Positions 46,608 to 56,666 are shown, numbered from the stretch's first letter. The stretch is 64,000 nt of DNA from an uncultured Bacteroidota bacterium (GCA_902629505.1 CACORF010000003.1:11939-75938); one strand, 5' to 3'. Program-made: numbers and translations. Notes: generated from the sequence alone by a model not told the origin.

Positions 46608-47791
46608 TGCATCAAAGCCTTTACACCCGGCAGAGTTTTCCCCTCTAAACTTTCTAAAAGAGCCCCTCCTCCTGTTGAAATATAACTAACCCAGTCTTTA
46701 TTTCCAAGCTTTTTCAAAGCAGCTATTGAATCACCTCCACCAACTATTACGTTAATCCCTTTTTGTTTTGCTTCTCTAAGATAATTACATATTGAGGCGG
46801 TTCCTTCAGAGAATAATTCCTTTTCAAATACACCCATAGGTCCATTCCAAAAAATAGTATTGCTTAATAAAATCTCTTGGCCAAATTTTCCTATCGATTT
46901 TTTTCCAATATCTAGTCCCATCCAATCATCTTCAATTTCATTTGAATTAAATGTTTTAATTTGATCATTCTTTTCAAAATCCTTGGATGCTTTTGTGTCA
47001 ACAGGTAAAATTATTTGTTTTTCTAGTTTATCAGCTAAACTCAAAATTTCTTTAGCATTAGATATTAATTCATCCTCAACCAAAGAATTTCCTATTTTTC
47101 CGCCTTTTGCTTTAATAAAAGTATATGCCATTCCTCCTCCAATAATTATTTTGTCAACTCTTTTTATAAGGTTATACATAATATTTAGCTTACTTGAAAC
47201 CTTAGCTCCACCTAATATTGCAAGTACAGGTTTTTTTCCATTATTTGCGATTTGATTGATTGCCTGAAGTTCTTTTTGTAAAAGCTTGCCTGCAAATTTT
47301 TTGTTCTTAAAATGTTTTGTAATTAGGGCTGTTGAGGAATGCTCTCTATGACATGTCCCGAAAGCATCATTTACATATATGTCTCCTAATTTTGATAACT
47401 TTTCTGCAAACAAGCTATCCCCCAATGTTTCCTCTTTATAAAAACGTAAGTTTTCTAAAAGAATTATATCTCCCCGCTTTAAATTAGATATAACCTCTTG
47501 AACTTCATCGCCAATGCAATCATTATGAAAAACCACTGGGTGATTAAGAACTTCTGAAACAGTCTCTACTATATGTTTTAAAGAAAACTTGTCTTCCCTT
47601 TCTTTTGGTCTACCAAAATGTGATATTAAAATACATGACCCTCCATTGCTTATGATTAAATCAACTGTTTCTTTACACGCTTCAATCCTCGTAATGTCTG
47701 TAACGTTAAAGTTATCATCTAACGGAACATTAAAATCAACCCTTATAATTACTTTTTGGTTTTTTAGGTCTTGTTTTTCAAGATTAAACAT
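46604..47791 (-). CDS. pgk: Phosphoglycerate kinase
   Basis: 'RVDFNVPL', 'ISHFGRPK', 'AILGGAKVSSKL' and 'STGGGALLE'. Confidence 0.96.
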   Translation of the reverse strand: MFNLEKQDLKNQKVIIRVDFNVPLDDNFNVTDITRIEACKETVDLIISNGGSCILISHFGRPKEREDKFSLKHIVETVSEVLNHPVVFHNDCIGDEVQEVISNLKRGDIILLENLRFYKEETLGDSLFAEKLSKLGDIYVNDAFGTCHREHSSTALITKHFKNKKFAGKLLQKELQAINQIANNGKKPVLAILGGAKVSSKLNIMYNLIKRVDKIIIGGGMAYTFIKAKGGKIGNSLVEDELISNAKEILSLADKLEKQIILPVDTKASKDFEKNDQIKTFNSNEIEDDWMGLDIGKKSIGKFGQEILLSNTIFWNGPMGVFEKELFSEGTASICNYLREAKQKGINVIVGGGDSIAALKKLGNKDWVSYISTGGGALLESLEGKTLPGVKALMQ

Positions 47792-47810
47792 GTTAATATA
47801 ATTATGTCGA

Positions 47811-47818
47811 CAAAGATA
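47811..47818 (-). promoter_or_regulatory. Candidate -7 box (TATCTTTG on the minus strand) for pgk
   Basis: Plus-strand CAAAGATA, 19 nt upstream of the pgk ATG (47791). Confidence 0.35.
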
Positions 47819-47828
47819 TAATATGATA

Positions 47829-47836
47829 TATATTTG
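47829..47836 (+). promoter_or_regulatory. Candidate -7 box TATATTTG, 3 nt from the holB-like ATG
   Basis: Exact TAnnTTTG ending at 47836. ATG at 47840. Confidence 0.3.
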
Positions 47837-47839
47837 GGT

Positions 47840-48946
47840 ATGAAATTAGATGGAATTTTAGGTCAAGAGCATTTAAAAAAGAAGATTTATGATTCAATTG
47901 AAAAAAAAATTTTCCCGCAATCTAAAATTCTTGTTGATAGGGATGGATACGGTGGACTAAACTTTGCCATTGAAATTGCAAGAGGTTTGCTGGAAGTTGA
48001 TAAAAATTACAAAGGAGAAATCCTGAATCATCCTGATTTATATTTTTCTTTCCCAACATTTGCAGATAAACAAACTAGTCCTGATCTTATAGATTCATGG
48101 ATAGAACTTATCAAAAAAAATGTTTATATAGATTTTAATGATTGGAAGAATATTTCAACAGATAGCAAAGGCAAAAACATAGAGGGAAAAATTAGAAAGG
48201 CTGAAATAGATCTTATCTTCTCAAAGGCTCACCTCAAATCTTTCGTTGGCGGAGCTAAAGTTTTTATTATTTGGAATATGCAAAGGTTGGATAATTATGG
48301 ACAAAACAAATTGCTCAAGTTGCTTGAAGAGCCCCCAAAAGATACATTTTTTTTACTTGTTACTGAAAGTCTAGATTCTCTGTTGCCAACAATAATTTCT
48401 AGGTGTCAAATTTCTAATTTAATTCCTGTTAAATACGATGAGCATAAATATTTTTTAGAAAATTTAATGGATAATATTGATTACGACTTAATCGTAAAGT
48501 CTTCTAGAGGAAGTGTTTCAAGGGGTATGAATTATATTAGTGAAAATGCTTCTTCTATTTCTCACGAACAAAATTTTATTGATTGTTTGAGGTTTGCTTT
48601 TCTTGCAAAAACAAGTAAAAAGGCTGTATTAGATCTAACAAAATGGTCTGAAAAAATGTCATCAAACTCTCGAATACAACAAAAAGAATTTCTAAGTTTT
48701 TGTTCTTTTCTTATTAGAGAGGCTATGCTTGTCAGCTATAACTCTCAGAACTTATCATCTTTCATTTCAAGTTCGAATTTTAAAATAGAAAAGCTTTCCC
48801 CATTTATTCATAGTCAAAATTTAATTGAGATAATTGAATTAATAGAAGACTCTCATTATTCTATTTCAAGAAATGTCAATTCTAAAATTGTGTTTACATC
48901 CTTTGCAATTAAAATGACAAAACTTATCAATCGAAGTGAAGATTAG
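47840..48946 (+). CDS. holB: DNA polymerase III delta-prime-like clamp-loader subunit
   Basis: 'NKLLKLLEEPPKDTFFLLVT', 'LPTIISRCQ', AAA+ lid pattern, and a degenerate Walker A as in delta-prime. The start is trimmed to ATG 47840. Confidence 0.7.
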   Translation: MKLDGILGQEHLKKKIYDSIEKKIFPQSKILVDRDGYGGLNFAIEIARGLLEVDKNYKGEILNHPDLYFSFPTFADKQTSPDLIDSWIELIKKNVYIDFNDWKNISTDSKGKNIEGKIRKAEIDLIFSKAHLKSFVGGAKVFIIWNMQRLDNYGQNKLLKLLEEPPKDTFFLLVTESLDSLLPTIISRCQISNLIPVKYDEHKYFLENLMDNIDYDLIVKSSRGSVSRGMNYISENASSISHEQNFIDCLRFAFLAKTSKKAVLDLTKWSEKMSSNSRIQQKEFLSFCSFLIREAMLVSYNSQNLSSFISSSNFKIEKLSPFIHSQNLIEIIELIEDSHYSISRNVNSKIVFTSFAIKMTKLINRSED

Positions 48947-49755
48947 TCTTTTTTAAACACATAAAAAGAAGACGAATATTTTGATGTAATAACCCCAAGT
49001 ATATTTGAGATTGTGCCTATTAAAAATGAATTAATCCATGGAAAAAATGATTTTTTATATTTTGAGGATAAGTAAGAAATATAATAGGCATCTAACAATA
49101 AAGGGTGTCTTGAAATTAGACTAAACCCATTATTTTTCATAAAATCAATTAAAGATTTATGATTAAAATGATATAAATGTCTAGGTACATCCCAAGCAGC
49201 CCAATATTTCTTGTATACTTTAGAGTCAAAACAATCTCTATTTGGTACAGCAACAACTATAGCCCCATTTTTTCTTAATTTTTTTCTTAATGTTGCAATA
49301 GCGGCTTCTATGTCTAAAATATGCTCAAGAACATGCCACAACATGATTATATCATATTGATTATCAGCAAGTTGGTCTTTATTTTCATTTTTTGTTATTG
49401 GGTCATAAGTGTCAACACTAATATTCTTTTTTTGTAAAAATTCAGCAAAATTACCATCCCCTGATCCATAGTCTAAAATTAAACTGGATGGTTGTAGGTT
49501 CTTTTTTAAGACCTTGAGCTTGTAAGAAAACATTATATTTTGTGAAATCTTGTATAAAATGGATAAAAGCCCTTTCTTTTTATTATGAGGTAGATAATTA
49601 GAGTTTTTATAATATTTACGATGATTCTGTTGTTTATTAATTTCAGTCCAAACAATATTGGTTTTTGTATCAAGGTAAAGATTAAAGATTTCGTTTGAGG
49701 CAATATAATCTTTAGTGCTTAGAAATATTTTGTCTTTTTTTAAAAATTGTTTCAC
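48943..49755 (-). CDS. Class I SAM-dependent methyltransferase
   Basis: 'ILDYGSGDGNFAEFL' motif I and 'YDIIMLWHVLEH'. Confidence 0.75.
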   Translation of the reverse strand: MKQFLKKDKIFLSTKDYIASNEIFNLYLDTKTNIVWTEINKQQNHRKYYKNSNYLPHNKKKGLLSILYKISQNIMFSYKLKVLKKNLQPSSLILDYGSGDGNFAEFLQKKNISVDTYDPITKNENKDQLADNQYDIIMLWHVLEHILDIEAAIATLRKKLRKNGAIVVAVPNRDCFDSKVYKKYWAAWDVPRHLYHFNHKSLIDFMKNNGFSLISRHPLLLDAYYISYLSSKYKKSFFPWINSFLIGTISNILGVITSKYSSSFYVFKKD

Positions 49756-49764
49756 GTGGAACTT

Positions 49765-51636
49765 TTATCTGCCCATCTTGACTAATAGGACGCTAATATC
49801 ACTAGGTTTAATACCGCTGATTCTTGATGCTTGAGATAATGTGGATGGTCTAATTTTGTTTAGCTTTTCCTTTGCCTCATGAGAAAGAGAAGACATGGGA
49901 TTATAATCAAAATTATCCGGTATCTTTATGTCCTCAAGCCTCTGAAGTTTATCCGCATTTGCTTTCTCTTTTTCTATATACCCTTTATATTTTATTTGAA
50001 TCTCTGTTTGATCTAAAACCTCCTGATCTAATTTGTTGCTTTCAATGTACTTTTCTACAGAAGTTAATTTCCTTATATCCTCTTGTTTAATGTTTGGCCT
50101 TGCATATATTTTGTCGATTTTTCCTTTTTGAGGTACCGGTTCATAACTTACAGACTCTAATATTTTATTAACCTCATCTAAATCAAAGCTTGTTTCATTA
50201 AAAAACTTAACAAAGCCCTCTACCTGGTCTTGTTTCTCTTGAACACGGGTATACCTTTCTTCCTTAGCCAAACCTATTTTAAAAGATTTTCCAGTTAGTC
50301 TTATGTCTGCATTATCTTGTCTAAGAAGAGTTCTATATTCTGCACGAGACGTAAACATTCTATATGGCTCTTCTGTTCCTTTTGTAATTAAGTCGTCAAT
50401 TAGAACCCCAATATAAGCTTCGCTCCTTGTTAAGATAAGGGGTTCTCTTTCAAAAACTTTTGAAACTGCATTGATTCCTGCCATTAAACCTTGAGCTGCA
50501 GCTTCTTCATATCCAGTTGTGCCGTTAATCTGTCCAGCAAAGAATAAGTTTTCTATCAATTTAGTTTCGAGGGTAAGTGTTAGTTGTGTGGGAGGAAAGT
50601 AATCATACTCTATAGCATATCCTGGTCTAAAAAACTTAACCTTTTCAAAACCTTTAATTTTTTTTATGGCTGCATATTGAACATCTTCTGGCATTGAAGT
50701 TGAAAAACCATTAACATAGACCTCAACAGTGTTCTTTCCCTCTGGCTCAACAAATATTTGATGTCTTTCCTTGTCAGAAAACCTGTGTATTTTATCTTCA
50801 ATTGAGGGGCAATATCTTGGGCCTGTACTATTAATATTTCCATTAAACATAGGTGATCTATCAAATGAATTGGCCATAATATCATGCACCTCAATGTTTG
50901 TATATGTCATATAACAACTGATTTGCTCCTTTAAAGGATGAATAGTTTGGAGATAACTAAACTTTCCTGGATCCTTATCTCCAGGTTGCTCCTCCATAAC
51001 ACTATAATCTAGAGATCGTCCATCTACTCGTGGTGGTGTTCCTGTTTTCATTCTACCTGATTTAAAACCATATGACTCAAGATCAGCGGTAATTCCAGTA
51101 GAGGGTTTTTCACCAACCCTACCTCCTCCAAAATTTTTATCTCCAACGTGAATTAGGCCATTTAAAAAAGTACCATTAGTTAAAATAACAGAGCGTGAGT
51201 AAATTTTGTTACCCAAACCTGTTAGTACGCCTTTTATTTGATTCTTCTCCACAATTAAACCCACAACCATATCTTGGTAGAAATCAAGGTTTGGAGTTCT
51301 CTCAAGTAATTCCCTCCACTTTAATGCAAACTGCGCCCTATCAGATTGAACCCTGGGGCTCCACATTGCAGGCCCCTTTGACTTGTTTAACATTTTGAAC
51401 TGGATTGCAGTTAAGTCAGAAACAATTCCACTATATCCTCCCATGGCGTCTATTTCTCTAACAATTTGTCCCTTTGCAATACCACCCATTGCTGGATTAC
51501 AAGACATTTGCCCTATTGTTTGCAGGTTCATTGTTACCAAAAGTGTTTTGGCTCCCAAATTAGCGGAAGCTGCAGCAGCCTCTGCACCAGCATGACCACC
51601 ACCAACAACAATTACATCAAATTGAGAATCAAACAT
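49765..51636 (-). CDS. mnmG: tRNA uridine-5-carboxymethylaminomethyl modification enzyme MnmG (GidA)
   Basis: 'FDVIVVGGGHAGAEAA', 'SCNPAMGG', 'GPRYCPSIEDK' and 'FFAGQINGTTGYEEAAAQGL'. The start is trimmed to ATG 51636. Confidence 0.96.
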   Translation of the reverse strand: MFDSQFDVIVVGGGHAGAEAAAASANLGAKTLLVTMNLQTIGQMSCNPAMGGIAKGQIVREIDAMGGYSGIVSDLTAIQFKMLNKSKGPAMWSPRVQSDRAQFALKWRELLERTPNLDFYQDMVVGLIVEKNQIKGVLTGLGNKIYSRSVILTNGTFLNGLIHVGDKNFGGGRVGEKPSTGITADLESYGFKSGRMKTGTPPRVDGRSLDYSVMEEQPGDKDPGKFSYLQTIHPLKEQISCYMTYTNIEVHDIMANSFDRSPMFNGNINSTGPRYCPSIEDKIHRFSDKERHQIFVEPEGKNTVEVYVNGFSTSMPEDVQYAAIKKIKGFEKVKFFRPGYAIEYDYFPPTQLTLTLETKLIENLFFAGQINGTTGYEEAAAQGLMAGINAVSKVFEREPLILTRSEAYIGVLIDDLITKGTEEPYRMFTSRAEYRTLLRQDNADIRLTGKSFKIGLAKEERYTRVQEKQDQVEGFVKFFNETSFDLDEVNKILESVSYEPVPQKGKIDKIYARPNIKQEDIRKLTSVEKYIESNKLDQEVLDQTEIQIKYKGYIEKEKANADKLQRLEDIKIPDNFDYNPMSSLSHEAKEKLNKIRPSTLSQASRISGIKPSDISVLLVKMGR

Positions 51637-52057
51637 CTTGATTAGTTTCACGTGAAACAGCAAAGATAAACTCTTCTTCCTTTTTTCTCATAATCACCTT
51701 TTCCTCTGGCTCTTTGTCTTTGTAACCAAGACAATGAAAAAGACCATGTGAAATCAGCCTAATACACTCATTATCAACACTTTGATTGTTCATTTTTGCA
51801 TTTTCTATCATCATCTGAGTAGAGATAAAAACCTCTGCTATAATTGATTTGCCCTCAGTATAATCAAAAGTGATTATATCCGTATCATTTTTGTGATTAA
51901 GAAAATTGGTGTTTAAAGACCTCATCTGTTTTAAGTCTACAAAATTATACTCTAACTTTTTTATTTTAAATCCACTTTTATGAGCAAAAGAGACAATTGT
52001 TTCCTTCAAAATATTACTCTCTATTAAACCCTCTGGACAGGCAATAAACTTTATCAT
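51629..52057 (-). CDS. ybeY: rRNA maturation endoribonuclease YbeY
   Basis: 'HGLFHCLGYKD' zinc motif (H-G-x-L-H-L-x-G-Y). Start chosen as MIKF (52057), and 52063 is also possible. The track start at 52084 would swallow a -7 box at 52071-52078. Confidence 0.85.
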   Translation of the reverse strand: MIKFIACPEGLIESNILKETIVSFAHKSGFKIKKLEYNFVDLKQMRSLNTNFLNHKNDTDIITFDYTEGKSIIAEVFISTQMMIENAKMNNQSVDNECIRLISHGLFHCLGYKDKEPEEKVIMRKKEEEFIFAVSRETNQDV

Positions 52058-52070
52058 TTGCATAATTTGA

Positions 52071-52078
52071 CAAATATA
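52071..52078 (-). promoter_or_regulatory. Candidate -7 box (TATATTTG on the minus strand) for ybeY-mnmG
   Basis: Plus-strand CAAATATA, 7-13 nt upstream of the two candidate ybeY ATGs. Confidence 0.3.
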
Positions 52079-52121
52079 AATCAATTATCCAGGATAATTT
52101 CAATAAGGAATAATATGGTGT

Positions 52122-52129
52122 TATATTTG
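52122..52129 (+). promoter_or_regulatory. Candidate -7 box TATATTTG, 4 nt from the gltX ATG
   Basis: Exact TAnnTTTG ending at 52129. ATG at 52134. Confidence 0.3.
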
Positions 52130-52133
52130 AAAC

Positions 52134-53582
52134 ATGGTAGAAAGAGCTAGATTTGCACCAAGTCCAACCGGACCTCTTCATATTGGGGGTGTACGAACAG
52201 CACTGTTTAATTATCTAATAGCAAAAAGGAGTGGGGGAAGCTTTATTTTACGTATTGAAGACACAGACTCTAAAAGAACAGTTGCTGGTGCAGAAAATCA
52301 CATAAAGGATACTTTAAAATGGCTTGGTTTAAATATTGATGAAGGGCCGATAAAACAAAGTGAAAGAAAAGGTTTGTACAAAAAAAGTGTTGAGGAGCTT
52401 CTGAAAAAAGGTTTAGCCTATTATGCATTTGACTCTTCTGCTGAGCTTGAAAGTGCGCGAAAAGAGTCTAAAGGTGAGTTTAAATATAACTATGAGACAA
52501 GGATGAATATGGTTAACTCTTTCACTGTTTCAGAAGAAGAAACTAAAAGCAGGGTTGAAAGAGGGGGCTATGTAATCAGAATGGTTATTCCTGAAAAAGA
52601 AACAATTAGGGTTGCTGACGAAATCAGAGGCTCTTTAAATTTTAATTCAAATGAAATTGAGGACAAAGTGATTATGAAATCTGATGGTATGCCAACATAT
52701 CATTTTGCTAATGTTGTAGATGATCATGATATGAGAATCACCTCTGTTGTTAGGGGCGAAGAGTGGTTGTCTTCTCTTCCATCACATGTGACGCTATATA
52801 ATCATTTTGGTTGGTCTCCACCTAAATTTTATCATCTTCCCTTAATCTTAAAAAGTACAGGTCAAGGGAAACTTTCCAAAAGGGATGCTGAGGAGCAGGG
52901 CCACCCTGTTTTTGCAGTTCAATGGGAAGAGTCAAAAGGGTTTAAAGAGTCAGGATATACACCTGAAGGAATATTAAACTACTTAGCTTTATTGGGATGG
53001 AAAGGAAAAGGAGATCGTGAAAAGTATTCTCTCGATGAGCTTGTCAAAGAGTTTGACAGCAAAGACATAAATAAGTCAGGCGCTCGATTTGACATAAGAA
53101 AAGCAGAGTGGATTAATCATCTTCACCTTAAAGATTTTTCTTCAAAAAAAATTCTTTCTTTAAGTGAACAAGCTAAAATTTTACTAGAAAAAAAATACAG
53201 CAATGAAGTCTCTGAGCAAATTATTGATTTGATTAAAGAAAGACTTAATAATTTATTTGATGTTGAAAAAGAAGTCTTTGTTTTTGTTAGCCAACCTAAA
53301 AACTACGACCAAGAGGCAGTAGAAAAAATTACGAGAAACACTATATATAATATTCTAAATTTTTGTAAATTAAAAGAGGAGTTACTTTCAGAGCCCTTGT
53401 TGTTAAAAGAAAGCTTGATGTCTTTTGGTTCTGAAAACAAGATTTCATTTGGTAACATTATGAAGACTTTACGTCTTTGTATAGTTGGTAGATTGTCGGG
53501 CCCTGATCTGTTTAAAATTATAGATATTATTGGTCCTGAAGAAACGCTCCAGAGAATTGAAAGTTTAATAAATAAAATTTAA
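52134..53582 (+). CDS. gltX: Glutamate--tRNA ligase
   Basis: 'RFAPSPTGPLHIGGVRTALFNY' HIGH region and 'KLSKRD'. Confidence 0.96.
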   Translation: MVERARFAPSPTGPLHIGGVRTALFNYLIAKRSGGSFILRIEDTDSKRTVAGAENHIKDTLKWLGLNIDEGPIKQSERKGLYKKSVEELLKKGLAYYAFDSSAELESARKESKGEFKYNYETRMNMVNSFTVSEEETKSRVERGGYVIRMVIPEKETIRVADEIRGSLNFNSNEIEDKVIMKSDGMPTYHFANVVDDHDMRITSVVRGEEWLSSLPSHVTLYNHFGWSPPKFYHLPLILKSTGQGKLSKRDAEEQGHPVFAVQWEESKGFKESGYTPEGILNYLALLGWKGKGDREKYSLDELVKEFDSKDINKSGARFDIRKAEWINHLHLKDFSSKKILSLSEQAKILLEKKYSNEVSEQIIDLIKERLNNLFDVEKEVFVFVSQPKNYDQEAVEKITRNTIYNILNFCKLKEELLSEPLLLKESLMSFGSENKISFGNIMKTLRLCIVGRLSGPDLFKIIDIIGPEETLQRIESLINKI

Positions 53583-53585
53583 CAC

Positions 53586-54587
53586 ATGAGCCTATTTACA
53601 ACACCCTTAATTATATTACTACTTTTTTTTATCATAATTTCTACGGTATTTATCGTAAAACAGCAGTCGGCTGCTATTGTCGAGCGGTTTGGTAAATTTC
53701 AATCCGTTAGAGGTCCTGGTTTTCAGGTTAAGATTCCTTTGGTTGACAGGATCGCAGGAAGATTAAGCTTAAAAGTTCTACAGCTTGACGTGGTTGTAGA
53801 AACCAAAACAAGTGATGATGTTTTTGTAAAACTAAAAGTTTCCGTTCAATACAGAGTTGTTGAATCAAAAGTTTTTGATGCGTTCTATAAACTAGATTTT
53901 CCACAAGATCAAATAACATCATACGTTTTTGACCTTATTCGTTCTCAGGTTCCAAAAATGAAACTAGATGATGTTTTTTCAAAACAGGATGACATTGCTG
54001 TTGCGGTAAAACAATCTCTTGGAGACGCAATGGAAGAGTATGGTTATTTTATTGTCAAAGCCCTTGTAACAGATATTGAACCCGATGCAGAGGTAAAAAG
54101 AGCAATGAACAGAATTAATGCTGCAGACAGAGAAAAGACAGCAGCCCAATACGAAGGTGACGCTGCAAGAATTCTAATTGTTGAAAAAGCAAAAGCTGAG
54201 GCTGAAAGTAAAAGGCTTCAGGGACAGGGAATTGCTGATCAGAGGAGAGAGATTGCAAAAGGTATTGAAGACTCTGTTGGGACACTTGGGTCAGTGGGTA
54301 TAAACTCCCAAGAGGCTTCTGCGCTTATTGTTGTTACACAACATTATGACACCCTTCAGTCTATTGGAGGTGAAACTAATTCAAATTTGATTCTTCTTCC
54401 AAATTCCCCACAGGCAGGAAGCACAATGCTTAACGATATGGTTGCTGCGTTTACAGCGAGCAGTAAGATTGGTGAAGCCATGCAAAAAGAAAATCAAAAA
54501 ATCTCTGATGCGGGAACATCAGACACTGAAGCTAAAAAACCAGACGAACCTGAAACGCCAGAATTCGGCGAATTTGAAGGCGAATAA
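53586..54587 (+). CDS. SPFH/band-7 (stomatin/prohibitin-like) membrane protein
   Basis: N-terminal TM segment, 'VKQQSAAIVERFGKF', an 'AEAE' coiled region, and an acidic tail. Confidence 0.85.
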   Translation: MSLFTTPLIILLLFFIIISTVFIVKQQSAAIVERFGKFQSVRGPGFQVKIPLVDRIAGRLSLKVLQLDVVVETKTSDDVFVKLKVSVQYRVVESKVFDAFYKLDFPQDQITSYVFDLIRSQVPKMKLDDVFSKQDDIAVAVKQSLGDAMEEYGYFIVKALVTDIEPDAEVKRAMNRINAADREKTAAQYEGDAARILIVEKAKAEAESKRLQGQGIADQRREIAKGIEDSVGTLGSVGINSQEASALIVVTQHYDTLQSIGGETNSNLILLPNSPQAGSTMLNDMVAAFTASSKIGEAMQKENQKISDAGTSDTEAKKPDEPETPEFGEFEGE

Positions 54588-54590
54588 CAA

Positions 54591-56243
54591 TTACTTTTTC
54601 CAACCATCTCTTAACCCTACAGTTTTATTAAACTCTAGGGTTTTTTGGTTGTCTGTCTTAACAAAATAGCCTAGTCTTTGAAACTGATATTGCTGGCCAT
54701 CATTTGCGTTTAATAAATATGGCTCTACGAAGGCTTCTTTTGTTACCAGTGAATTTTCATTTATGTCGTTTTCAATTGTTGTGTTTTTTCCTGGTTCCTC
54801 TACTTTAAAAAGCCTGTCGTATATGTTTATTTTTGCCCTTACTGCTTCTTTTGCTGAAACCCAATGAATTGTGCCCTTAACCTTTCTGTTGCTTTCTGGT
54901 GTGTTTGAACCGCTTTTACTTTTTGGGTCATACTCACACAAAACTTCAGTTATGCTTCCTTTTTCATCTTTGATAACATCAACTGCTTTTATTATATATG
55001 CGTTTTTTAACCTTACTTCTTCCCCTGGTGACAACCTAAAAAAACCATCCTCGGGGTTTTCTTGAAAGTCTTCTTTTTCAATAAACAGTTCTTTTGTAAA
55101 TTTTATTTCTCTTTTTCCTTCTTCTTTATTTTGTGGGTTAATTTCAAAATTTATCACCTCTCCTTCTTTTTTAATATAGTTTGCAATTTTTATTTTTAAA
55201 GGGTTTATTACCGCCATTGCCCTAGGGGCTATTTCATTTAAATGTGCTCTTACGCAAAACTCTAGAAGAGAGGCGTCAATTACATTCTCTCTTTTTGAAA
55301 CTCCAACTGTTACTGCAAAGTTTTTTAAAGACTGTGGTGTATACCCCCTTTTTCTTAAACCAGATATTGTTGGCATTCGAGGATCATCCCAGCCAGAAAC
55401 CATTTTTTTATCAACCAGCTGCGCAAGCTTCCTTTTACTTGTAATAGTGTATGAGAGGTTAAGTCTAGAAAACTCTCTTTGTTTTGGCCTAACTCCTTTT
55501 AGTGGACTAATTGCGTCTAAGAACCAATCATATAATTCTCTGTGGGGTTCAAACTCAAGAGTACAAAGTGAATGTGAAACCTGTTCTATATAATCAGATT
55601 CTCCATGTGTCCAGTCATACATGGGGTAAATGTTCCAGTTTTCACCGGTTCTATGATGGCTTACCTTCATCACTCTGTAAATAACAGGGTCTCGCATCAA
55701 CATGTTGGGTGAGGCCATATCAATCTTTGCCCTTAAAACATGTTCTCCTTGATCATACACCCCTTTATACATTCCCTCAAAAATAGAAAGACTTTCTTCT
55801 TTTGGTCTGTCTCTAAAAGGGCTGTTTTGTCCTGGCTGGGTTGGTGTTCCTTTTTGTGAGGCTATCTGGTCCGAGGTTTGAGAATCAATGTATGCTTTGT
55901 TTTTTTCAATTAAAATAATTGCCCATTCATAAAGTTGATCAAAGTAATCTGAGGCATAACACTCTTTATCCCAATCAAAACCAAGCCAATTAATATCATA
56001 TTTTATAGCATCAACATACTCTTTTGCTTCTTTTTCTGGGTTTGTGTCATCAAACCTTAAATTAACAGGCGAGTTATATTTTTTTCCCAAGTTAAAATTT
56101 AAACATATCGCTTTTAAGTGACCTATATGCAGGTAACCGTTTGGCTCTGGGGGGAATCTGAACCTCAAGTTTTTCTCATCAAACCCTTTGGCTATGTCAC
56201 CTTCTATTATTTGCTCAATAAAGTTTGGGCCTTTTTTCTTCAC
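54591..56243 (-). CDS. glnS: Glutamine--tRNA ligase (apparent GTG start)
   Basis: 'RFRFPPEPNGYLHIGH' and 'TITSKRKL'. Size typical of GlnRS. The only start near the conserved N-terminus is GTG at 56243-56241. Confidence 0.95.
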   Translation of the reverse strand: MKKKGPNFIEQIIEGDIAKGFDEKNLRFRFPPEPNGYLHIGHLKAICLNFNLGKKYNSPVNLRFDDTNPEKEAKEYVDAIKYDINWLGFDWDKECYASDYFDQLYEWAIILIEKNKAYIDSQTSDQIASQKGTPTQPGQNSPFRDRPKEESLSIFEGMYKGVYDQGEHVLRAKIDMASPNMLMRDPVIYRVMKVSHHRTGENWNIYPMYDWTHGESDYIEQVSHSLCTLEFEPHRELYDWFLDAISPLKGVRPKQREFSRLNLSYTITSKRKLAQLVDKKMVSGWDDPRMPTISGLRKRGYTPQSLKNFAVTVGVSKRENVIDASLLEFCVRAHLNEIAPRAMAVINPLKIKIANYIKKEGEVINFEINPQNKEEGKREIKFTKELFIEKEDFQENPEDGFFRLSPGEEVRLKNAYIIKAVDVIKDEKGSITEVLCEYDPKSKSGSNTPESNRKVKGTIHWVSAKEAVRAKINIYDRLFKVEEPGKNTTIENDINENSLVTKEAFVEPYLLNANDGQQYQFQRLGYFVKTDNQKTLEFNKTVGLRDGWKK

Positions 56244-56306
56244 AATTCCAAAGATATTGAAAAGGAAGATAGAAAATATGTTTGCTTTTATATCTTTGGT
56301 AAGATT

Positions 56307-56657
56307 TTGTCAAAAATATATGTAAATAACGCGTGGTTTTATTCTTTTCATGGTTGTCTTCATGAAGAGAGTGTTATTGGGGCTGAGTATTTAGTAAACA
56401 TTATGGTGGAAACTAACACCGATGATGCTGAAAAAAATGATAACCTTAAAAGCACAGTTGATTATGTTGATATTTATAATGCTATTAAAACAGAAATGGA
56501 CAAGCCTTCAAAACTACTTGAGTCTGTTATGGAGAGAATGATAACCTCGATAAAGGGTATTAGCGGTAACATAACTGCTGTAGATGTTAGTATCAAAAAA
56601 CTCTCTCCTCCTATTGGAGGTAATGTTGATTCTGTCGAGTTAAGAAAGAAAGTTTAA
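56307..56657 (+). CDS. folB: Dihydroneopterin aldolase (probable TTG start)
   Basis: 'FYSFHGCLHEESVIGAEYLVNIMVET...DNLKSTVDYVDIYNAI' matches the FolB fold signature. No in-frame ATG lies upstream of it, and TTG 56307 gives about 116 aa (typical size). The track ORF from 56118 overlaps glnS and is rejected. Confidence 0.7.
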   Translation: MSKIYVNNAWFYSFHGCLHEESVIGAEYLVNIMVETNTDDAEKNDNLKSTVDYVDIYNAIKTEMDKPSKLLESVMERMITSIKGISGNITAVDVSIKKLSPPIGGNVDSVELRKKV

Positions 56658-56666
56658 TCTTTTTTT

